Positions 22,172 through 33,213 of a DNA stretch of 33,782 nucleotides are shown one piece after another. Source of the DNA: Asterionella formosa (lineage: Eukaryota); assembly GCA_002256025.1 (NCBI GenBank), contig NKIB01000308.1, positions 1-33,782 on the forward strand, written 5' to 3'. The position numbers were made by a program, and so were the translations under genes. The notes beneath the pieces are model-generated. The model made no database searches and had not been told where the DNA came from. It worked only from the letters and a program-made list of their open reading frames with translations. Position 1 is the first letter of the stretch. Every line of letters begins with the position of its first letter.

Positions 22172-23349
22172 TTTAGAGCATGAAAATCAGCTTGATTTGG
22201 ATGCTAAGATGAGATGACTTCGAGAGATCGATCATTGATCACTTTTGCAACAAATTGTGGCGATAGCGTGCATAATCACAGAAGAATTACATTTACATAA
22301 AATATTTACGGGAATGCTTGTAAGTGAATGTGCATATAGTAGTTATACTACCATCAGATAACATAAAATCACCGGAGGCATGACTGGTCGGCTCGAATTT
22401 GGCGATATTTCTGATGATATCTTATTTATGTGCATGTGTAAAGTAATACATAGCGGCTGATAGAATATATATTAATTATTTTTATTATGGACCACCAGTA
22501 TACCATTGACAGACCATACGTACGGTACAAGGACCCTGGTAGCAAATTGCGGTAATTTTGAAGAACTAAACATTTAGCTATTTTTATCCCAGATTAAATT
22601 GTTGATTTAAGCAAAATGACCGCAACTTGAAGGTACCCGTTGCTAAAACTTCCGTTCATACGACCTGTATATTTAGTATAGGCTTGCCGCACTGGAGGAT
22701 CTAAGGCCAACGTAGTGATAAACCTTCGACAACAACACCAAGGAAAGTACTACCATATCCTCATTACTCAAACAAGTTTGTTCCTACTGGTATTGCTCAA
22801 TCTTCGAGTACTTGCCCTCCTGCTGAAGACAAGAACCTCAAAGTGGTTGCACAAGAACAAGAACTTGGTCATGGTGTGGTAACTACTGCTGGAACTGCTC
22901 AAGCCAGTGGCACTAGTACTTGTCCTCCTCCTGAAGCCTGGAGCAACCTCCAGGTTGTTGGGCAAGAAGAACTTGGTGGTGTGGCTGTTACTGCACTAGT
23001 AAAAACTGCAGGAACCCAGCATGAACCACCACCAGGGGGAAGTGCCAAAGCCCAAGGGCATGCAGGAAAAAAAGGCAAGAAAGAAAAGCTGGAGCAGGAA
23101 ACCAAGGGCGACAACACCATCTCCCCCCACCCCCCTGGACCAAAAAGGCCTCCCCCAGCAGTATCCACTGAACCAGCACTTATTCATGCAAAATTTCTAA
23201 TTCAGTTCACATAATGTATTTAATTCTGTTCACCTACTAGCTCATGAATTTAATTCACTCTATTTTACAAAGTTCATTTAACTAATTTAGTATGATGTTT
23301 TATAGCCCATTTGTAATCATCTAAGGCATTATATTCCTCCTTCTAAAAG

Positions 23350-25652
23350 TTATACAGGCAGCACAGAAGTCACAATGGAGTCTGTTGGCTCATCTGATGG
23401 ATTTGTACTAGGCCAAGAAGTGGTGGGTTCTGCTGTAGGTGGAGTAGTTGGAATCACATTTGGTATAAATGTTGGTGTCACAGTTGGTATAAATGTTGGT
23501 GTCACAGTTGGAAAAAATGTTGGTGTCACAGTTGGCATAAATGTTGGTGTAACAGTTGGCATAAATGTTGGAATTGCAGTTATTGGGATTGTAGTTGGCA
23601 CTACTGTTGGAATAGCAGTTGGTTTACTGGTTGGCCTTTTCTTTGTGGGCTTTTTATTGGTGGGCTTAGCAGTTGGCTTAAATGTGGGCTTTGCAGTCGA
23701 TACAGAGGTTGGAGCTGCAGTTGGAGTATTGATGGGTTTTGCAGTTGATACAGTGGTTGGCACTGCAGTTGGAGTAATGATGGGCTTTGCAGTTGATACA
23801 GTGGTTGGCACTGCAGTTGGCTTTACTGTGGGCTTTGCAGTTGATACAGAGGTTGGCACTGCAGTTGGTCTTGCTGTGGGCTTTCGTGTTGGTACAGAGG
23901 TTGGTACTGCAGTTGGCTTTACTGTGGGCTTTGCAGTCAGGATCACAGTAGGTGTAGTGGATGGACAAGTAGAAGTCTGAGTATTCAAACGAATAGAAAG
24001 TATCATATAACTTGGGATGCTGGATGTGGCGACTACCAATTTGCAGGCATCAATTGAGTATGAGCCAATCACAAATGTTTGCTGTACCACGATTGCACCT
24101 TGCAAAGTAGACATGGATGAGGTGCTGGGTGCTGTGGTAATTGTTACCATATTTGGTTTCTCCATAACATCAGAGTTGAAGCCCACTGCAAGATTGAACT
24201 GAATATAAAGTTCTCCAACTATAATGAGAACATATTCATTGCGAGTAATCAATGCATCGGAGTAATTCACAAAGCCGACAAGTTTAACAGACTTGGCACC
24301 ACTTGTTGATGGATTTATAGTGATCTGCTTGTCAAAGTACCATCCAAGAATGTAGTTTTTGTGGCCATTGAAGCACATGAGTGGCCATTGGGTACCAACA
24401 TATGAATAGCCCATCAGGCAACTTTTGTCACTGTATTCAATTCCATCCTCACTTGAATGTCTAAGGCCTAGATTGTGCCTGAGAATGATCAATGAATATG
24501 AGGTAAGAAGAAAGAGATTTAAAACTTAAACAAGACATAGGTATAATTAGCTACTCACCCAACTTCATGAATTTTGGCACTGAGGCTTGAACACCATGCT
24601 GTCACAACAATTTGACGAGATAAAAGGCAAAGGATCATTCAGATGAAAATGTTGGAATGATGCTTGACAAATGTTGTATGTACTCACCATTGTTAAAGTA
24701 TGAATATTGACCATTTACATATGCGTAAGCGAGCCAATCTTTTTGGCCGGATAAAGTGGTACCGTATGGCATGCAAACCATTATGTTGGAGAAACTAGTT
24801 CCGAGGTCACTAACAATTAGAGCATCCTTAACTGCAGTTTTCACAGAGTTTTCAAGATTAAAAATGTTTGCGCTGTTGACAGTTGATGGAAGTGAAATTG
24901 TTATAACTCCATTGCTGATCTTGGCGTTCCCTGAGGCAGCAACAAACGAAAGCCTTCCAGCAGAACATGCAATATATTGAGAACGCATGGAGTTCTTCTG
25001 ACTTCCAGTACCAAACGTTTCCGCAGCCAGAGTTGCATCAGTATTGGATTGCAGTGAATTAGGGGCAGTGACACGTACGAAAAGTACTGTGCGGGTTCCA
25101 GTCTGAGCTAAACGACGCTGACGACTGGCACGACTTGCCACAAAGTAAATGTTAGGATTTGACGGGATAACAACGTAGTCAGGTTTTCCAAATTCAGTAC
25201 GAACAGCAGAACCGCCGAAGATGCAAATGGTAGACAGTCCTGAGTCTAGTGTAATATTGTGTGCATTGACAAAAGCAGTTGGGAGGTTGATGGAATAGAA
25301 CATCTCCGACTCTCCATCCCCTTCCTGTGCCTCGTCAGTGATGCATCGGTAGAGTGAGTTGGCTACGCGATCAGCCATCATTACGTGGGCGACTGCAATT
25401 TGGCAGTAGAGACATGATCCGACTTGCTGCTCAACTCCGGGGAATCCCTAAGGAGGCGTCAGAAAATAAATAAGTTAGTTCAGGTGCATATCTCAAATAA
25501 ATAAACAACGCAACATAAAAATTCAAGAGCCTATAGTCGAGCTTGGACTTTTTCAACGGGCACACTTTTCTTCTTACATCTCCTTGTTGGCCGCAGATGC
25601 TGCTCGGAAAAATTGCCACAATAGCAAAAAGAGCTTGTCTAAGACTTATCAT
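23350..25652 (-). CDS. Secreted gametolysin/peptidase M11 metzincin with P/T-repeat tail; 4 exons (25652-25578, 25447-24688, 24598-24559, 24478-23350), ~667 aa
   Basis: Signal peptide. Splicing at three GT-AG introns gives one frame with WLAYAY...IHEVGHNLGLRHS (HExxHxxGxxH) and Met-turn SCLMGYS. Furin-like RQRRL pro-domain junction. Confidence 0.9.
23450..23940 (-). repeat. Coding tandem repeats: 48-nt (TAKPTxxPTAVPTxVS) and 24-nt (PTVTPTF[M/F/I]) units
   Basis: Repeated GCAGTTGATACAG..GTTGGCACT and AAATGTTGGTGTCACAGTTGG units inside M11 exon 4. Confidence 0.9.
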
Positions 25653-26603
25653 TTTCCCTTTGTGTCACCACCGATACACCTCCCCCCTCTTGTTTTTGAT
25701 GCTTTCAATTCGATAATTTAATGAGGTTCTCATTTCATAGAAAAGAAGGATCCAAATCATTGAAGTGATCACATGTGTATCATGAATACCGGTAGATATT
25801 TTGCTCCTCGCGTATTTTACACGTTGGAGAATTGCATAGTATCGCGGATGTACATCCAAGTCCTCCTAAAGATTTAAAATCAGCGTACAGTATTCTGCCG
25901 CCGGCATAGTATCGGGCATGCGGTCTTAAGGTTGGAACATCGCTTTTGCCGAAATTTCCGTTGCGTGCTGGAACCAGCTGATGATAGCTGTAACAAGAAG
26001 GCCGAACAAACGCGACGTATTTTTCCGTCCATCACTCCGATGTGACGATGGGCGTTGGTATCCTGCATGTCCTGGTATATCCTGCTTCTGTATATATGTA
26101 TTTGTCCTACATGTGTGGAGTCAAGAGTCCATGTACCAGTATTGTTTGTTATCTCTACATACTTGCACTCAATGTTTTTCCTGGGCACCTGGCACCGTGT
26201 GTTACATACCGGGACCTGGTACCATGTACCTTTCTTCGAGGAAGGGCAACAACCGTCAATACGCAACCATATGTGTCAAGAAATGAGAAGGGGGCAAGTG
26301 CCTCTACAAATACAGCTATACCGTACAAGGTACAAGAGTACCTGGCACTTGGTACCTCGTACCTGGCGGTACTTCAGAGTCCGGAGTACTGGTACCTGGT
26401 ACCTAGTACTCCAGGTATCAGTAGCAGGTAAGTACCTGGTACCTGCTACTCTGATGCCGCAGAAGGTCCCCCTGATCATGTCGGATCGTTTGACACGCAC
26501 ATCATTCTCTCTCTTTCTTGTCGTTTCTGCTTTGTTCATTCTCCCTTGATACATGTAGAGTGCAGACGGACCGGTATCATCCTCATGCTTTTCATCAAAT
26601 AGA

Positions 26604-27149
26604 ATGGCATTGATAAGTCTTTTGCTGCTGCTGTTTGCTTCCATTTGGCTCGACGGGACTACCGATGCTGCTGCGTTTACGCCAGCGCCATGCTGGTCCT
26701 CGGGTTCTAAATCTAAATCTAGCAGTCGTCGTTATTTATTCTGGTTCACAGCAAAAAAGGATGAGCCACGAAACAATAATAGCAACAACAACAACAATAG
26801 CAACAAAAATGATAGCAACAGCAACATTGCAAGTGTTACTCAAGTTATGGATTCCATGGACGACTTAAAACGAGTGCAAGATGTTGGTAAGTTGACCGCG
26901 ACGTTGCTCGAGGAACTGGATCGACTTGTTATTGAAGGGAGTGCAGCGAATGGCAAAGTCAAGGTGCTGTTTGATGGACAACAGCGACCCAAGGGTGTCG
27001 ATTTGGACGATGCTTTCTTGGCGTCGGCTGACACGGATGATATACAATCGGCAGTTACCAAGGCCATGAAGGACGCACATGCCAAGTCTTTGGAGAAGAT
27101 GGAAGAAAAAGTAAAAGCCTTGTATGCAGAATTGGGACTGGCTGGTTGA
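26604..27149 (+). CDS. Plastid-targeted YbaB/EbfC family nucleoid-associated protein
   Basis: Signal peptide plus AAAF-TPA (ASAFAP-type) motif; EGSAANGKVKVLFDGQQRP..V.LD...D.I..AV..AM.DA YbaB signature. Confidence 0.88.
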   Translation: MALISLLLLLFASIWLDGTTDAAAFTPAPCWSSGSKSKSSSRRYLFWFTAKKDEPRNNNSNNNNNSNKNDSNSNIASVTQVMDSMDDLKRVQDVGKLTATLLEELDRLVIEGSAANGKVKVLFDGQQRPKGVDLDDAFLASADTDDIQSAVTKAMKDAHAKSLEKMEEKVKALYAELGLAG

Positions 27150-27274
27150 AACGTAAAAGAGTAGTCAATGCAATAATTACTTTTGTAAACACTCATTATT
27201 AGATCACTCAATTATTAGATCCAATTACCAGTACCCAACTAACCAATCCACCATCGCCAGGAATGTCATCCACA

Positions 27275-28446
27275 TTAGCGACTTTGACTGGTCGCTGCCG
27301 TGGCCCGTTTTTCTTTATGAAGAGCACCAGCCAAAAATAAAGTACCAAATCCCCCATTTGCAAATTGATCCATCTGATCACAGTATGTTGTAATTTGATT
27401 ATTAATCAACAAACTTTCCATTCGCGATGGTGCATCACTGGACAACCACTTGTTGTCAGCCTTACTACTGCTTGCTGCTCCTGCCTTGTCCTTGGGTCGA
27501 CGAGAACGTTGCAAAGTACGGGCATAGTATTGAAATTTGGCTTGTTCCGTGACCAAATCGTCCACCCATGAACAAAGAAATTCCAAATGTTTCTCCAAAT
27601 ATGGATTGGTGGACAAGTCCAAGCGATCCAAGTTTAGAGTCGTCATGGGAGACATGCCCTCATAGGAATAAGGCGATCCATCTTCCATCATGTCGTTTAA
27701 TAATGCTTTCACCAAACCTGGATTGTGCAACTCGACTGGAATAGACTCAAAAATGTCTTTTGGGTCCATAAAGGCATTGCTGTTTGACTGCTGCAACGCC
27801 ACAGCAGCATCAGTCAAACGATAGCATTTCAGCATCATTGTTCCACGTGTGGTTTGCATCGGATCATACAACAATACAACAGCATTAGGGCTAAGGTCAG
27901 TCTGATAGGAGAGTTGATTTTCCAAAAAGGAACTGGTACTGTACGAGCCCAAATACATGCTTTGGTACCATCCGACGCAATTGTTATCGACATTGACTTC
28001 CCGTAGCATCCTCATCATTTCCAATTGGAATTCATGTCCTTCCAACGCCCCCACATCGTCCATAGCATCGTCTGTGGGTTCGTCCTTGTACTCGACGACT
28101 CCTCCAGCAGCTCCTCCGCCACCACGAGGTAAGGGCTCTGGAAAGGGAAAGGCATGAGTAATTTCAAGTACTCCTTCCTTGACAACCAGACCAAGAAGAG
28201 ATCCTGTTACCATTTGAGGTAATGATTCATGACAGTGTTTGACAATCTTTAAGAGCGCCTGTAAGTGAATTAGTGTGTATACCGTACATAGGTATTATTT
28301 ATAATATAATAATCGTGACAGGTGAGTGAGTGAAAGAGTGAAAACAGAGCCAGCAATAATCTTCAACAACTGGATCCAACAAAACGTACCACACCCTCAA
28401 TTGTTACAGACTTGATTCGTTCTTCCGCTTCAAATACTGCTGCCAT
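27275..28446 (-). CDS. EIF3H: Eukaryotic translation initiation factor 3 subunit H; 2 exons (28446-28390, 28258-27275), ~346 aa
   Basis: V.IEGV|ALLKIVKHC...GSLLGL...LEITHAFPFP...MMRMLREVNVDNNCVGWYQS MPN domain; 131-nt GTACGT...TACAG intron. Confidence 0.95.
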
Positions 28447-29442
28447 GGTGATTGGTGTAGTTAGAGACTGTTGGTTTGGTTATCGTAGTTGAACAAGGAA
28501 GAGTACAGGCAGGAGCCGAAAGGAAACGATGTTGTCGTTATTGATGGTCTCGGTGATTACTTAGTCTACCAGGGTACCGTACCAGTACCGGTAGTCAATA
28601 TCATACTACAAAAACAGTAGGTACGGAGGAGATCGGTACAGGGTAGGACTGTACCATATTTAAGGCCTAAGGTGGGATTTTTTGCTAGGGTATGTACTTA
28701 TATTTTGCTAACTATTATATACTGGTTTGCTATTGCTGAGATGATCTCAGTATTATCTGGGTGAGGTCCTGCGACCGCCTTGTGTACTTGGCACCAGGTA
28801 CCGGTGCAGTACATATATTGGTATGTTGTTGCAGCCACCATTTTCGTGTGGCGCGCACCAGCCTTGTTGTGTAATTCATTCATTCACTTTACTAAAATAC
28901 AGTATCGTCACACCACGTCTGGAGCAATTTCTAATACATTTCATATGTAGAAATCACTGTAGCTTGTGTCCACACAAACTACGCTTCCATCCTCCTCCTG
29001 CTTGCTTGCTTTTCACCGGGTCGTTGGCAATCATGGTACCTGGTACCGGTACTGGTGCGTATGTAATTAGTAGAAAAGGAGCGAAGCATGCTTACCGGTA
29101 TGTAGCACCTGGGCTACATGTACCCATATGTATGTTCGGCATTTACGTGGGTTTGTTAAGTCATTATGAATCTGCACATTATAAAACACAGCTTAACAAT
29201 ATATGGGAATAAAATATTAGTTCAGAGAACATCATACTGCGTTATTACATACAGTATTGATAATGACATCATGGTACATGGGAGTACCTGGCACACGACC
29301 CCGTACTAATCCTGTGTCTGCATGAAAAATCAGATGGCTGTGGTAAAATATCGATTCTTTAGGTCAGCACTACATTTGTTGGTCCTGAATCTTTGCCATT
29401 GTCTCGCTGTTGCGATTTCCCCAAACACCCACCACCACAACC

Positions 29443-31574
29443 ATGGCAGACGCGCAACCACCAACTCCTGATACCGCTTCTGGTACTACTACTGAACCCC
29501 TTTCCAAGAATGCATTGAAGAAGTTGCTCAAGGCAGAAAAGGCAGCTGCCGAAAAGGCTGAAAAGGACGCGGCACGATTGTTGGCAGCTGTGTCCATTTC
29601 AGACAACAACAAATCCAAGGCTGCTGCTGTCGTCGAAGAAGAAATTTTAGACCCATCTGCCTACAAGGCCAATCGAGAAATGGCTGTCAAGGCCATGGAA
29701 GAAGCAGGAATGAATCCGTATCCACATAAATTCAAGGTGGACTATCGCCTTCCAGATTACACTACTCACTTTGGTCCAACAACCGAACCTGGAACACGTA
29801 TGGACGATACGATCGTCTCTATTGCTGGAAGGATTGTATCAGTTCGCGGACAAGGAAAATTGTACTTTTATGACATTCGTGGTGATGGAGCCAAAGTGCA
29901 AGTCATGTCGGACATCAAGACCTACCTCTCGGGTGACGAGGGATTCTACAAAATTCATCGAACCATCAAACGTGGAGACATTGTGGGCATTACTGGACAT
30001 CCAGGAAAGAGCAAGACAGGAGAATTGTCCATTTTCCCTACTGAAATCATTCTCCTTAGTCCCTGCTTGCACATGTTGCCCTTTCCCAAGGGTGACACGG
30101 GGCTGGGGGGAATTACAAACATGGAAACTCGCTACCGTCAACGATATTTGGATTTGATTGTCAATGCTGACATTCGCAAAGTATTTGAAATTAGATCGGC
30201 CATTATTAATGGCATTCGCAAGTATTTGGACGATCGACACTTTCTAGAAGTGGAAACTCCCATGATGAACTTGATCCCTGGTGGGGCCGTGGCCAAACCC
30301 TTTGTCACATATCACAACGATTTGCACATGAACCTCTTTTTGAGAATTGCGCCGGAATTGTATTTGAAAATGTTGGTCATTGGGGGCTTGGACCGTGTCT
30401 ATGAAATTGGACGCCAATTCAGAAATGAAGGGATTGATTTGACACATAACCCTGAGTTTACGACTTTGGAATTTTATCAAGCCTATGCGGATTACGAAGA
30501 TTTGATGGACACGTGTGAAGAAATGGTGTCAGGATTAGTATTCAATGTGACTGGTGGGTACAAGATCAAGTATGCACCCAAACCTGGGATGGAAGAAGTT
30601 GAGATTGACTTTACTCCACCATTCAAACGTATTAGCATGATGGATGGAATTGAAGAGGCCATGGGGATCAAGTTGCCAGAATTGGACGACCCAGAAATCG
30701 AACCCAAGTTGATTCAATTGTTGAAAGACCATGCTGTGGAGTGTTCTCCTCCTCATACGACAGCGCGGATGTTGGACGCCTTGGTGGGAGAATACTTGGA
30801 AGCAAACATTATTCACCCAACTTTTATTACCGAACAGCCGGAGATTATGAGTCCTTTGGCCAAGTCTCATCGCAGCAGGAAGGGATTGACTGAGCGATTT
30901 GAGTTGTTTGCTGCTGGAAGAGAGGTATGTTGCACTCCTTTTTCTTGTGTTTTTCCTTGATTGATTCGAATTTTTATCTCACGCTGTCCGGCATGCACAT
31001 TGGCATCCCCTTCCCTTGTCGCTCCCTTCCACACATGCAGCTTGCCAATGCATACACGGAGTTGAATGACCCTGTGGTTCAGTACCAACGTTTCCTCGAA
31101 CAAGCTCTTGCTAGCAGCAAGGGCGACGATGAAGCCATGGTCATGGACGATTCCTTCGTCCTTGCCTTGGAACACGGTTTGGCGCCCACTGGTGGATTCG
31201 GGCTTGGAGTTGACCGTCTCACCATGTTTTTGTCTAACAAGAACAATATTAAGGAAGTTCTGTTGTTCCCTGCCATGAAACCCAATGACGAACAGTTGGC
31301 CATGTTGGCCAAGAATGCATCTCAGGCATCTACTGTGATTGCCATTGGAGTTGGTGCATTTGATGGAGTCAATGTGGGAAGTCCTGAGGGCTTGAAGAGT
31401 CTGGAGACAGCCCTGGCTGGCAAGAAATTTTTGGGGGGTGACAGTCCATCCTCTGATGATGTCGGCATGCTGGAAGTGGTGACCAAGATTCCTTCAAGTG
31501 CCTTGGCAAACTCTCCCAATGTGCAGGCATGGGTCAGTGCTTGCTTTTCTGCAATTCAATCCAAGTGGGCATGA
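29443..31574 (+). CDS. KARS: Cytosolic class II lysyl-tRNA synthetase with C-terminal GST/EF1B-like extension; 2 exons (29443-30924, 31041-31574), ~671 aa
   Basis: SKNALKK N-terminal helix, OB fold, [62 protein letters not shown]; 116-nt GTATGT...GCAG intron. Confidence 0.97.
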
Positions 31575-32409
31575 GTTATAAATATTTTTTGATTGCGGTG
31601 TTATAGCTAATTCTTTTAGCTAGGTGGATTCATTATACCTACAATCTATTTTTAATTCTGTAGATTCAAAGAAATTACTCAGCTTCTACCCAAGCAACCT
31701 TTGGAAACAGCATGATAATAGCTGCAGCAAACCATGGTTCAAAGTGGAGTATTTATTCATTGCATTCATACATTCTTCAAAAATGGATATTAATCAACTG
31801 TACTGTATTTATTTTTCTACTTTTTTTGTTATTTTCATACTCCTGTACAGACTGTATGCTTCCTCAGTGAAGAAGATCAAAATGAATCTTGGAGAGTTGA
31901 GATCATTCAAAATATAGTAGCAGTAGTCTAGCTACCATATTACCCTGTGCTGATGGTGATTGCTGAAAAGTTATATGGCAGAAATCAAATGCTCTCAATG
32001 TCCTCACAACCTTTGCAACACAGCATTCATTGAACAAAATAGGTAGGGTCATACTAGTAGTACTAGTAGTAGAAGCAGAAAATTTTATTGTAAGCTTTTA
32101 TTAAAACTCGAATCTAATGGAGTTGATTGAGTTGCAATAGGACGCAAATGGGCCCCAAAGGCATGATGAGTGAGTGTGAGTCTATTGAAGGACTCTTAGG
32201 GGTTGCAAACTAGCTGTTAGTAAATGATAACTAATTTCGTATCTATGAAACAATGCATTTGCAGAGGATATTATTTCTATATATCTCCAACATCTGCGCG
32301 TCCTGCCAATATCTACTCATTACCTCAATCGTTTCGACTGGTGGCATCGAGTAAAACATTTGCGAGAACAAATGGATCGATGGGATATTGATCACAAACA
32401 GGAAGAAAC

Positions 32410-32780
32410 ATTGATGACAACCATGTCAGATCCGTTCCATTGCAAATCTTCCTTCAATAGGTCAAACTCGTCATCCTTGAGCATTTGCCTTCCAGTGGCA
32501 TACCGGTAGTAGGACTGAAGCGCGTCCAGAAAGATACGCTCCTTTTCGGCTACTGTGAGACGAATGAGTTCCCCACTTTCCGGATCGACGACACAGTATT
32601 CCTCGTCAGGAATGCATTCTTCTTCCTGCAAGTTACTAGTCTCAAAGAATCGTCCAGACTTGGCGTCGTAAGCGATTTCTCTCGTTCCACTCGTAATGGT
32701 GATCTTTTCGTCGCTTCCTTCTTCGGCCATTAAAAGTGGACCAGCAACACGACCAGCTGTTGTCGTTGTCTTCCTTAAAG
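32410..32780 (-). pseudogene. PGRL1: Truncated PGR5-like protein 1 copy
   Basis: YCVVD...LTVAEKERIFLDALQSYY..GRQML.DDEFDLLKEDLQWNGS is the PGRL1 core. No signal peptide (cut at the minisatellite), similarity ends after MVVIN, no TM or CxxC C-terminus, and a 2-codon insertion is present. Confidence 0.8.
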
Positions 32781-32796
32781 TTCGATGATCTTAAAT

Positions 32797-33213
32797 TCAT
32801 TTACCGGTACTGTCCCGCTGTAGTAGTAGCAGCAGTCATAGACATATGGTGTTCTATTTATACAATCCTAAAACTATGATGATTTACTATGGTGTGATAT
32901 TGCTTGCTTATTACTCCGACTACCGGTACCGCTTTTCAGTTTCACGATCATACAATCCTAAAACTATGATGATTTACTGTCCCACTGAAGTGTGCCATGG
33001 TAGCAACAGTCCTGATCATATGGTTTTCTATTGGTTTTTAGTTTTACAATCATACAATCCTAAAACTATGATAATTTACTGTCCCACTGTAATTGCAACA
33101 GTCATGAACATATGGTGTTCTTTTGGTTTTTAGTTTTATGATCATACGATCCTAAAACTATGATGATTTACTGTCCCACTGCAGTAGCAACAGTCCTGAA
33201 CATATGGTGTTCT
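32797..33213. repeat. Degenerate minisatellite, ~91-bp unit, ~4.5 copies
   Basis: TAC(A/G)ATCCTAAAACTATGAT at 32861, 32951, 33053, 33145; shared TTTACTGTCCCACTG...CAACAGTC...CATATGGT blocks. Confidence 0.9.

Noticed and set aside
23375..23980. 201-aa V/G-rich + strand ORF and Cys-rich - strand ORF 23678-23968
   Set aside because: Antisense and alternative-frame shadows of the P/T repeat in M11 exon 4.
25880..26644. Several overlapping 100-160 aa ORFs
   Set aside because: Produced by stop-poor GGTACC-rich intergenic sequence; no recognisable protein features.
29410..30960. Two separate LysRS ORFs or a frameshift
   Set aside because: Explained by a canonical 116-nt intron (30925-31040); the first ATG is at 29443.
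32290..32410. Intron rescuing a full-length PGRL1
   Set aside because: Weak donor (GTTTCT), and no downstream frame encodes the expected continuation, TM helices or CxxC motifs.
32861..33170. CRISPR-like array (conserved ~30-bp block every 90-102 bp)
   Set aside because: The intervening sequences are mostly homologous to each other, there are no cas genes and the context is eukaryotic; this is a minisatellite.
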